A stretch of DNA of 64,000 bases, from the NCBI GenBank assembly GCA_965213685.1, contig CBDBZY010000031.1, forward strand, positions 224,001-288,000, given 5' to 3'. Of the stretch, positions 20,364 through 28,698 are shown in pieces (positions within the stretch are counted from its first letter, which is position 1; every line of letters begins with the position of its first letter). A model generated the notes under the pieces. It did no database searches, was not told the origin of the DNA, and saw nothing but the letters and a program-made list of their open reading frames with translations. Source of the stretch: a bacterium (GTDB taxonomy: Bacteria > UBA8248). Made by a program: the position numbers and the translations under genes.

Positions 20364-21686
20364 CTAGGCTTTCTTCTGGTATGTCCCCTGGTGGTTCACC
20401 CAGTCGCAGCTCTTGTCCGGGCTCGTGTACTGGCTCCAGGGTTCGGGTGCCACGAGGCCCTCCGTTTGCGATACGATGCGGAACTGCCCGTTCCTGAGGA
20501 TTTCGCCGATCAGCACCGGCTTGTGCAGGTGGTGGTTTTTCTCGTCGATCTTCTTGAACCCGCCCGGTGCCTCGAAGCCCATCCCATACGCCGCCTTGCG
20601 GACGGCGTCCACGGCCGTCGTGCCCGCCTTCTCCACCGCCTGCTTCCAGATGTGCACGCCGAGGTAGGCCGCCTCGATGGGGTCGTCCGTCACCCGGCTC
20701 GCCCCGCCCGGCAGCCCTTTTCTCTTGCAATACATCTTGAAGTCCTTCACGAACTTCTTGTTTTGCGGCGTGCTGATCGACTGGTAGTAGTTCCAGGCGG
20801 CGAGGTGCCCGACGAGGGACTTGGAGTCCATGCCGCGCAGCTCGTCCTCCGCCACGCTGAACGCCATGATGGGCACGTCCTCGGAGCGCAGCCCCTGGTT
20901 CGCGAACTCCTTGTAGAACGGGACGTTGCTGTCGCCGTTGATGGTGCTCAGCACGGCGGCGTCGCCGCCGGAGGCGAACGACTTCACCTTGCCCACGATG
21001 GTTTGATAATCTTGGTGATGGAAGGGCGTATACTCTTCCCGGATGTTCGCAGCAGGAACGCCCTTGGCCAGCAGGAAGGCCCGGAGTATCTTGTTCGCCG
21101 TGCGCGGGAAGACGTAGTCCGTGCCGAGCAGATAGAACTTCCGGAAGCCGCCGCCATCCTCGCTCATCATGTATTCCGCCGCCGGTATCAGCTGCTGGTT
21201 CGGCGTCGCGCCCGTGTAGAAGACGTTCCTGGAGCACTCCTCCCCCTCGTATTGCACCGGGTAGAAGAGCAGGCCGTTGTTTTTCTCATACACGGGAAGA
21301 ACGGATTTCCGGCTCACCGACGTCCAGCAGCCGAAGGTCACGTCCACCTTGTCCTTCAGGAGGAGCTGCTTCGCCTTCTCGGCGAACAGGTCCCAGTCGG
21401 ACGCGGGGTCCACGACGACGGGCTGGATGGGCCGCTTCATCACGCCGCCTGCGGCGTTGATCTCCTCCACCGCCATCAGGACGACGTCGCGCAGCGAAAC
21501 CTCGCTGATCGCCATCGTCCCGCTCAGGGAATGCAAAATGCCGATCTTGATGGGCACCGCCGCCCGAAGGACGTTCGGAAACGGGAGCGTGCTCGCCGCC
21601 GCCGCACCGAGGCCCATCGCGCCCGCCTTCTTCAAAAACCCCCGGCGAGACATCTTCTCCGTACCGATCCGTTCCTTGTTCTTCAT
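20364..21686 (-). CDS. urtA: Urea ABC transporter substrate-binding protein UrtA (Tat signal)
   Basis: IKIGILHSLSGTMAISE, GCWTSVSRKSV, YPVQYEGEE, GTDYVFPRTAN; SRRGFLK twin-arginine motif; start ATG 21686 after GGAGGGAGG. Confidence 0.95.
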   Translation of the reverse strand: MKNKERIGTEKMSRRGFLKKAGAMGLGAAAASTLPFPNVLRAAVPIKIGILHSLSGTMAISEVSLRDVVLMAVEEINAAGGVMKRPIQPVVVDPASDWDLFAEKAKQLLLKDKVDVTFGCWTSVSRKSVLPVYEKNNGLLFYPVQYEGEECSRNVFYTGATPNQQLIPAAEYMMSEDGGGFRKFYLLGTDYVFPRTANKILRAFLLAKGVPAANIREEYTPFHHQDYQTIVGKVKSFASGGDAAVLSTINGDSNVPFYKEFANQGLRSEDVPIMAFSVAEDELRGMDSKSLVGHLAAWNYYQSISTPQNKKFVKDFKMYCKRKGLPGGASRVTDDPIEAAYLGVHIWKQAVEKAGTTAVDAVRKAAYGMGFEAPGGFKKIDEKNHHLHKPVLIGEILRNGQFRIVSQTEGLVAPEPWSQYTSPDKSCDWVNHQGTYQKKA

Positions 21687-21806
21687 GTTCCCTCCCTCCC
21701 CTTCTTCTTCCGTCATGTGTCAGAGGGGGCCGTCTTGCGCGACCCGAAAATATGCGTGAAACGCTCCCAATCATTGATGCGCACCTGAGAATGTAGGGGA
21801 GTTTCT

Positions 21807-21835
21807 TTGCGGGAATCTTGCGATTCGGTTAAATT
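21807..21835 (+). promoter_or_regulatory. Putative sigma70 promoter for the MmgE/PrpD gene
   Basis: TTGCGG-N17-TAAATT in the AT-richer divergent region. Confidence 0.4.
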
Positions 21836-21995
21836 ATCGTTTCTGTTTTGTTTCTCCGAGGTTTCGAGGAGGGGAGGGCATTCTCATGGGCGTCTCCCGC
21901 GCCATCAGGTTCTCGGCGCCGGAAGAACGATCCGGGCGGAGGGGGAGTGCGGCGGAGGCGCGAAGACGCCCCGCGCACCGAGAGAGGCCTTTCCG

Positions 21996-23384
21996 ATGGC
22001 GTCGCTGAGCCGCCGGTTCGCGAGGTGGGCGGCGGGGCTCCGCTATGAAGACCTGCCTCCCGAAGTCATCGACCGCGCCAAGGCCGTGACCCTGCTGGCG
22101 GTCGGCTCGGCTCTTTTGGGTTTCGACACCGAGGAGGGACAAAGGGCGGCGGCGCTCATCGCCGAGGAGGAGGCGGTGCTGCGCGGTGGTGCCACCATCA
22201 TGGTGAACGGGACCAAGGCGACGAAAGGGGGGGCCGCGTTCGCCAACTCCGAGATGACGCTGGCGGGCGGCAAGTGGGACACGTTCCGCATGCTCACCCA
22301 CCCGGGGACGATCATCCTGCCCGCCGCCCTCGCGGCGGCGGAGGCGGAGGGCGCCTCAGGGAAGGAGCTCCTCACTGGAATCGCCGCGGGCTATGAGGTC
22401 ATGGAGCGCCTGGCGTCCGACTTCATCCCCACGGTGATGTCGCGCGGCTTTCATGCGGGGCCGGTTTTCGGGATTTTCGGGGGCGCCGTCGCCGCAGGGA
22501 AGATCATGCGCCTCCCCGAGGAGCAGATGAACAGCGCCATCGCCCTTTGCGCGAGTCTGGCGAGCGGCAACCTCGAGGGACCGCGCAGCGGCGGGCGCGC
22601 GCTCAGGGAGGGGGCGGCGGCGCGGGGCGCCCTCCTCGCGGCGGCCCTCGCCGGGCGGGGGCACGCCGGCGGAGAGACCGTCCTCGAGGGAGACGCCGGC
22701 TTCTACCACGCCTACGCGGGAAACAACGAGGGCCGGCTGGCGTACAGCTTCACGGGCGACGCGCGGGCCAGCCTCGACGAGATCGCGGCGGGGCTCGGGG
22801 ACGAGTGGCTGTTTCTCGAAACGCTTTTTCGCGTTTATTCCACCTCGGGCTATAACCTCGCGCACATCGACGCGACGGCGAAACTCTGCGAGGAGAACGA
22901 CATTCGCCCGGAGGACGTCGCGCGCGTCGAGGCCGTCGTGAACTGGCTGGAGACGCAATACCCGAGTCCCGCCTTCGCAAACCGGCGCGAAGACGGTCCG
23001 CCCCGCCCGGGCGGGACGCATTACTATGCGGCGTTCGGCGTCGTGCGGCGCGGCTATCCGATACTGAACGACCCGCCGGGTGCGGCCGACCCGCCCGAGG
23101 TGCTCGACATGATGCGGCGGGTGCGCATCATCCCCTCCCGCCGGATGGGCCTTTTCGCACCGCGCGTGACCATCCGCACGAAGGACGGAAAATCCTTCAC
23201 CAGACAGGCCACCGGGCGGGAATTCATCTGGACGCTGGATGAATTGGCGAGGCGCTTGCGGGACATCGTCCCCGCCATCCCCGTGCCGGCGGAGCGGTTC
23301 GCGGAAATCATCGACACCTGCCGGGTGCTCGACGCGGAGGGGCGGGCGGAGAAGCTCGTTCGCCTGACGCTGGCGGAAGGATAG
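21996..23384 (+). CDS. MmgE/PrpD family protein
   Basis: LRYEDLPPEVIDRAK, AAFAN, THPG, SGKELLTGIAAGYEV, RGFH, LEGDAGFY; start ATG 21996 after GAGAGG. Confidence 0.88.
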   Translation: MASLSRRFARWAAGLRYEDLPPEVIDRAKAVTLLAVGSALLGFDTEEGQRAAALIAEEEAVLRGGATIMVNGTKATKGGAAFANSEMTLAGGKWDTFRMLTHPGTIILPAALAAAEAEGASGKELLTGIAAGYEVMERLASDFIPTVMSRGFHAGPVFGIFGGAVAAGKIMRLPEEQMNSAIALCASLASGNLEGPRSGGRALREGAAARGALLAAALAGRGHAGGETVLEGDAGFYHAYAGNNEGRLAYSFTGDARASLDEIAAGLGDEWLFLETLFRVYSTSGYNLAHIDATAKLCEENDIRPEDVARVEAVVNWLETQYPSPAFANRREDGPPRPGGTHYYAAFGVVRRGYPILNDPPGAADPPEVLDMMRRVRIIPSRRMGLFAPRVTIRTKDGKSFTRQATGREFIWTLDELARRLRDIVPAIPVPAERFAEIIDTCRVLDAEGRAEKLVRLTLAEG

Positions 23385-23520
23385 GGAGGCCACCTCCGCC
23401 GCCCCCGGGGCCGGGCAGCGGACGGAGGCGCCAGCACCGCCGCGCCGCCGCGCATGCGGGAGGGGGGCCATGCGGCAGCCCCCGGCGATGCGCGCGCGGG
23501 GACTGGCTTGGCCGTCTCGC

Positions 23521-23937
23521 CTACTGGATCGAAATCTGCTTCGGCTTCGCCGCCTCGGCGATGGGGACGCGCAGGGTGAGGACGCCATCCCTGAGTTCCG
23601 CGGTCGATTCATGATCCTGCACCATGCCGGGCAGGACGACGCGGCGGATCAACGAACCCGCAAAGCGCTCGCGGCGGTAGTATTTCTCCGCCTGCACGTC
23701 CTTTTCCGCCTGCCTCGACGCCCTGATGGAGAGAACCCCCTTCTCGATCCGCAGCTCGATGTCCTCTTTCCGGAACCCCGGAAGCGACGCGCGCACCACA
23801 ACGTCCCTCTCCGTCTGCGCGATGTCGATGGGCAGAAGCTCCTCCTCGGCGTCATGGGAGGACGGCCTGACGAAGGAATCCTCCAACATGCGGTTGAACA
23901 CGTCGTAAACCGAGGCGCGTCTCGCCAAACTGGCCAT
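23521..23937 (-). CDS. Hsp20/alpha-crystallin small heat-shock protein
   Basis: LPGFRKEDI, YYRRER, AELRDGVLTLRVP, C-terminal ISI (IXI) motif; SD AGGAGG. Confidence 0.93.
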   Translation of the reverse strand: MASLARRASVYDVFNRMLEDSFVRPSSHDAEEELLPIDIAQTERDVVVRASLPGFRKEDIELRIEKGVLSIRASRQAEKDVQAEKYYRRERFAGSLIRRVVLPGMVQDHESTAELRDGVLTLRVPIAEAAKPKQISIQ

Positions 23938-24047
23938 TTCCGAACCCTCCTCTGGTGAAAGTGATTTTTCGGGGACTTCGTCATCCCCGCGTCCAAAGCC
24001 TGTCAGCCAACCGTTTCATCGAGCATCTTTTCCGTCGAGCATTTTTT

Positions 24048-24078
24048 ATATGATTATATTTCACTCATATAATCATAT
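24048..24078. promoter_or_regulatory. 12-7-12 perfect inverted repeat (candidate operator) just downstream of the hsp20 promoter
   Basis: ATATGATTATAT-TTCACTC-ATATAATCATAT. Confidence 0.65.
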
Positions 24079-24091
24079 GTCTTACGCATAA

Positions 24092-24120
24092 TATATAGAC
24101 CCCTCTCTCGTTTTTGTCAA
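24092..24120 (-). promoter_or_regulatory. Near-consensus sigma70 promoter of hsp20
   Basis: Minus strand TTGACA-N17-TATATA. Confidence 0.75.
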
Positions 24121-24377
24121 CAAAAAAACCGGCGGCTCCTCTCACAGGGCACCGGTGCGCACGTCGGCGTGCCGGCGATGACGAAGACGAGAAGCCGGAT
24201 GGGCGCGGAAACGTCAGGGATTTTTCGGGAGAGCGCGCCATGAGAGAGGGGAGGGAGTGGTCGGGCGGGCGCCGATGCGGCGCGAAACGGCGCATCCCGC
24301 GAAAGGCGGCGGCTCGCGCGCACCACCTCCCGCGCGTCTGCGCATGAGCGCCCGCCTGCCGGCGCGCCTCGCTGCGT

Positions 24378-25517
24378 CTACCAGAGCTGCGCGGACGCCA
24401 GCGCCGCGCCCTCGGCGAGTGCGGCCAGCTTCATCCACACGATGCGGCGATCCACCTGCACGCGGCCAGCGAAGGTGCCGAAGCCGCAATCGACGCCGGC
24501 TGTCACGTTCTCGCGGCCAACCGCCCCGGCGTAGCGGACGATGCGATCCGCCACCAGTTCGGGATGCTCCACGAAGTTCGAGGTCGAGTCGATCACGCCG
24601 GGGATGACGCGCTTGCCCTCCGGCAAATCCACCTCCCGCCAGATCTTCCATTCGTGCGCGTGGCGAGGGTTCGCGCCCGGAAACGACACGGCGCAGGGCC
24701 GCCCCCGCAGCACGATGTCGACAATGTCGCGGAGCGGCACGTCCTCATGGTGCGGCCCCAGCGTGCTGCCCCAGCAAACGTGCATCCGCATGCGCTCGGG
24801 CGGAACCTTTCTCACGGCGTGGTTGAGCGCCTCGACGTGCATCGCTATCTCCCTGCGAAAATCCGCGAGGCTCAAATCCCGAAACACGGTGTGGCGGCTC
24901 AGCGCGAGGTCGGGACAGTCGAGCTGGAGGATCAGCCCCGCCTCGACAATCGCCTCGTACTCGCGGCGCATCACGTCCGCGAGGGCGAATACGTACTCCT
25001 CCTCGCTGGGGTAGTAGAGGTTCTTCAGGTAGCGCGAAATCTGCCCCGGCGAGGGGGAGGTCATGAACGCCGCCTCCGCCCCGGCACGGCCGAGGGCGCG
25101 CCTCGCGCGGTCTATGTCGGCTTGCGCTGCGGGCCAGTCCCTCCACGCCACGGGGCCGGTGCAGGCCGGTCGGTTTTGCAGGGGCGAGGCGAAGCGGGAG
25201 AGCATGTCCGCGAGTTCGGGGAAGCGTTCATCGCCCGTGCCGAGCGGGGGGGAGGTCGGGCCGTCATAGCCCGTCAGGCGGTCTTTGACGTGCGTGGTGT
25301 AATCGGGCCGGCCCTGCTCGCCGTCGTTGATGATGTCCAGCCCCGCCGCCGCCTGCCTCTCCACGACGTCGTCTATGGCGCGCGCCACGGCGGCCTCGAG
25401 GCGCCCATCCGCCCGGGGGCCGCCCTCCTCCTGTGCCAGCAGCAAATCGACCACCGCAGGCGGGCGCGGCAAGCTCCCCGTGTGGGTCGTGCGTATCCTC
25501 TGCCCGTTGCGCTTCAT
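24378..25517 (-). CDS. Cobalamin-independent methionine synthase II family protein (single-barrel MetE2 / epoxyalkane:CoM transferase-like)
   Basis: TTHTGSLPRP, INDGEQ, LQLDCPDL, MHVCWG, VEHPELVADRI, DCGFG; start ATG 25517 after GAGGAGGGG. Confidence 0.9.
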   Translation of the reverse strand: MKRNGQRIRTTHTGSLPRPPAVVDLLLAQEEGGPRADGRLEAAVARAIDDVVERQAAAGLDIINDGEQGRPDYTTHVKDRLTGYDGPTSPPLGTGDERFPELADMLSRFASPLQNRPACTGPVAWRDWPAAQADIDRARRALGRAGAEAAFMTSPSPGQISRYLKNLYYPSEEEYVFALADVMRREYEAIVEAGLILQLDCPDLALSRHTVFRDLSLADFRREIAMHVEALNHAVRKVPPERMRMHVCWGSTLGPHHEDVPLRDIVDIVLRGRPCAVSFPGANPRHAHEWKIWREVDLPEGKRVIPGVIDSTSNFVEHPELVADRIVRYAGAVGRENVTAGVDCGFGTFAGRVQVDRRIVWMKLAALAEGAALASAQLW

Positions 25518-25651
25518 GGCCTGGCCCCCTCCTCGTTTCCGTCCGCACCCAAAGATGCCCCCTGAAATCCGCTCCGTCTCTCCCCCCCATCCCCCGGCGG
25601 ACCGCTTCGTCGGCGGCTGCGCGCGCGCCCTCTCGGCTCTCGGGCGTCCCC

Positions 25652-27148
25652 TCATGAAATGGCGGCGTCCCGCCTTTTCCACAGGGAGGTTCTCCTCAGA
25701 AAAACGCTGGCGAGGTAGAGCAGCGCCACCGCCAGAAACGCCAGGCTGATCGGCTTGCGCACGAAAATTCCCGGATCGCCGTCCGAGAGGATGAGCGCCA
25801 TCCTCGCGTTCTTCTCGAACACGGGGCCCAGGATGATCGCCAGCAGCAGGGGCATGATCGGATAGTCGAACTTCTGCATGAAAAAACCGAGCAGCCCGAA
25901 GCCGACCATCAGGAAGACGTCGAAAAAGCTGTTCTGAAGCGCGAACGCCCCGATGACGCAGAACACGGCGATGCTCGGAAAGAGCAGCCCCGGCGGCACG
26001 CGCAGCACCTGGACGAACAGGCGGATGCCCAGGAGCGCGATGGCGATTGTCAGGAACAGGGCGATGAAGAAAGAGCCGAACACGGAAAACACGAACCCGC
26101 CGTGGCTCTCGAACAACAGGGGGCCCGGGGCGAGCCCCTGGATGGTGAGCGCGCCGAGCATCACGGCGGTGACGGGGTCGCCGGGAATTCCCAGCGTGAG
26201 CATCGGGATCATCGCGCCGCCGGTCATGGCGCTGTTGGCGGCCTCGGGCGCGGACACGCCCTCCAGGCTTCCCTCCCCGAACGATTCCGGCTCCGCCGAG
26301 CGGCGCTGCGCCGTGTTGTAGCTCAGCACGGCGGCGACGGCGCTTCCCGTCCCGGGCAGCAGCCCGACCGCGGTCCCGATGAGGGAGGAGAGCGCGAGCG
26401 TCTTGCGGAGACCGAACAGGACCGCCGGCGTGGGCAGCAAATCGCGCAGGCGCGTGGAGAAGCGCGGCAAGGAGAGGGCGGAGCCGCGCATCCCCGAGAT
26501 GATCTCGGGCACCGCGAAAAGCCCTATCATCACCGGCAGGAAGGAGACGCCCTGCTGAATCTGGACGACGGAAAACGTGAAGCGCGGTATCGAGTCGATG
26601 GGGTCCATGCCGACGGTGGAGAAGCCGAGGCCCAGCACGCCCGAGATGAGCGCCTTGCGCATCGAGGACTGGGCGAATCCGCAGATGAGGCAAAGCCCCA
26701 GCAGGACGAGTGCGGCCAGCTCCGGCGCGCCGAAGTTCAGGGCGAAATCCGCCAGCTGGGGGGCGATGGTCGCCAGACAGACGAGGCTGAACAGCCCGCC
26801 CAGGAAGCTGGAGAAAAAGGCCACTCCCAGCGCGACCCCGGCCCGCCCCCTCCGGGCGAGCGGGTGTCCGTCCAGGCTCGTGACGATGGCGGCGGGATTC
26901 CCCGGAATGTTGAGCAGGATGGCCGAGATGCTCCCCCCGGTCATTCCGCCGACGAAAACCCCCACCAGAAGGCTCATCGACGTCCCGCTCGCCATGTGAA
27001 AGGTGAAGGGCAGCAGGAGGATGATGCCCATGCTCACCGTGAGGCCGGGGATGGCCGCGAACACGATTCCCAGAAAACTTCCCAGGACGGCGAACAGAAG
27101 GGGCTTGAGCTCCAGGGCGCGGAGGAGGCCATCCGCCAGAAGGTCCAT
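25652..27148 (-). CDS. tctA: Tripartite tricarboxylate transporter permease TctA
   Basis: AILLNIPG, EGVSAPEAANSA, LTLGIPGD, PGPLLF; start ATG 27148 directly after the tctB stop. Confidence 0.92.
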   Translation of the reverse strand: MDLLADGLLRALELKPLLFAVLGSFLGIVFAAIPGLTVSMGIILLLPFTFHMASGTSMSLLVGVFVGGMTGGSISAILLNIPGNPAAIVTSLDGHPLARRGRAGVALGVAFFSSFLGGLFSLVCLATIAPQLADFALNFGAPELAALVLLGLCLICGFAQSSMRKALISGVLGLGFSTVGMDPIDSIPRFTFSVVQIQQGVSFLPVMIGLFAVPEIISGMRGSALSLPRFSTRLRDLLPTPAVLFGLRKTLALSSLIGTAVGLLPGTGSAVAAVLSYNTAQRRSAEPESFGEGSLEGVSAPEAANSAMTGGAMIPMLTLGIPGDPVTAVMLGALTIQGLAPGPLLFESHGGFVFSVFGSFFIALFLTIAIALLGIRLFVQVLRVPPGLLFPSIAVFCVIGAFALQNSFFDVFLMVGFGLLGFFMQKFDYPIMPLLLAIILGPVFEKNARMALILSDGDPGIFVRKPISLAFLAVALLYLASVFLRRTSLWKRRDAAIS

Positions 27149-27150
27149 CT

Positions 27151-27639
27151 TCAGAAGAGCCAGTCCTGGGGCAGGGGCACCCGCAGAACCTGGTGAAAGA
27201 CGTAGTTCATCAAGACGGCGCAGAGGATCGCGTGGGGGAGGATGATTCTCCAGGCGCGGACGCCGCTCCACCGTATGCAGACGGCGAGGAAAATCGCGGT
27301 CGCGGCGGAGAAGCCGACATACTGCATGGAGAGTGCGAAGCCCGCCAGCAGGAGACAGAGCGCGACCGCGTCGAGAACGTCCTTGCGCGCGATGGAAACG
27401 GGCGCGCTATCTCGGGGGGGCCTCCGGCAGTCGGCGCCGACGTCGAGCAGGACGAGAACCCCGAGCAGTGCGGCCCACAGCCAGGGAGCGAAGGCGGGCC
27501 CCAGGGGACCTTCCTCTCCCGGCCCCTGGGGCAGTTCCAGGATCAGCGAACCATACCAGACGCAAAAAACCGCCAACAGGCCCGGAACGAGTAGGCGCCC
27601 AGACCGCCGCCGCCTGATTTTTCCATGCCCCTCCGCCAT
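27151..27639 (-). CDS. tctB: Tripartite tricarboxylate transporter TctB
   Basis: 4 TM segments, GPAFAP, C-terminal LRVPLP; lies between tctC and tctA. Confidence 0.88.
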   Translation of the reverse strand: MAEGHGKIRRRRSGRLLVPGLLAVFCVWYGSLILELPQGPGEEGPLGPAFAPWLWAALLGVLVLLDVGADCRRPPRDSAPVSIARKDVLDAVALCLLLAGFALSMQYVGFSAATAIFLAVCIRWSGVRAWRIILPHAILCAVLMNYVFHQVLRVPLPQDWLF

Positions 27640-27687
27640 GAACGCCAGACCCCTCGCGGCTTGCCGCGCCTCCCGTTGCGCGGCGCG

Positions 27688-28647
27688 TTATTTCTTCTTT
27701 TTCTTCTTGTCCAGACCCAGCGATACGACGATTTTCCGGATCAGCTCGTTTTGCTCCGCCACGAAGGCAGGGAATTTGTCCGGTCCCATGTAGGAGACCA
27801 GGAAGCCCCGCTTCTCTGCGGTGGCCAGGACTTTGGAGTCCCCGGAGGCCGCCTCGAAGGCCTTGTGGAGTTTCTGAACCGCCTCGGCGGGCGTCCCCTT
27901 GGGAACGTGCAGGCCCCGGAACTGATAGAAACCGACATCCCACCCGTGCTCGCTGAACAGGGGAACCTTGGGATACGCGGGATGGCGCTTGGGGAAAGAG
28001 ACGGCCAGCATGCGGACCTTGCCCGCTTTGTGGAGGGCCAGCACCTCGGGCGGATGGACGGAGATCGCGTCCACCTCTCCGCCGAGGAGGCTCGGCACGC
28101 GGCGCTTGCCCAGCGGGACGTGGCGAAACTTGAAGCCCGCCTTCTGGGCGAGGGCGGAGGCCGTCAGCCGCGTGAAGCTGCCGGAGCCGGCGCTTCCGAT
28201 TTTCAGGGTTTTCGACTGCGCCGCCTTCACGAGGTCGGGCAGCGTCTTGTAGGGAGAATCCGCCCGGACGACGATGGCGGTCGCCTCGAACACGACGCGG
28301 GCAACGTAATCCCACGCGCGGTAATCGTAGGGCAGGCGCCCCATGTTCGTTCCGGTGAGAATCGAGGCCGAAAGCCAGCCGATCTTGTATCCGGTGGGCG
28401 GTGCGGTCTTGATGTGGGCGAAGCCGATGGTGCCCCCCGCCCCCGGGCGGTTCACGGCGACTATCGGCTGCCCCAGCACCTTCTCGGCCGCCTTCGCCAC
28501 GGTGCGCCCGGAGATGTCGGCGGCCCCGCCCGCCTTGAAGGTGATGGTCATCTCCACCGGTTTTGTCGGATACGCCGCGTGCGCGGAAGCCGTCCATCCG
28601 GCCACGGCAAAGAATGCGAATGCTGCGGCCACCCAGCCTTTCTTCAT
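27688..28647 (-). CDS. tctC: Tripartite tricarboxylate transporter substrate-binding protein (TctC/Bug)
   Basis: Signal peptide, YPTKPV, AGGAAD, NRPGAGG, PKGTP; ends in KKKKKK. Confidence 0.92.
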   Translation of the reverse strand: MKKGWVAAAFAFFAVAGWTASAHAAYPTKPVEMTITFKAGGAADISGRTVAKAAEKVLGQPIVAVNRPGAGGTIGFAHIKTAPPTGYKIGWLSASILTGTNMGRLPYDYRAWDYVARVVFEATAIVVRADSPYKTLPDLVKAAQSKTLKIGSAGSGSFTRLTASALAQKAGFKFRHVPLGKRRVPSLLGGEVDAISVHPPEVLALHKAGKVRMLAVSFPKRHPAYPKVPLFSEHGWDVGFYQFRGLHVPKGTPAEAVQKLHKAFEAASGDSKVLATAEKRGFLVSYMGPDKFPAFVAEQNELIRKIVVSLGLDKKKKKK

Positions 28648-28698
28648 GATGATTCCTCCTTGAAGGCAATGCGTCGAGAAGTCCGTCCGAATCAGTTA

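Noticed and set aside
21720-21860. Sigma54 or NtrC sites upstream of urtA
   Set aside because: No TGGCAC-N5-TTGC and no convincing TGCAC-N7-GTGCA on either strand.
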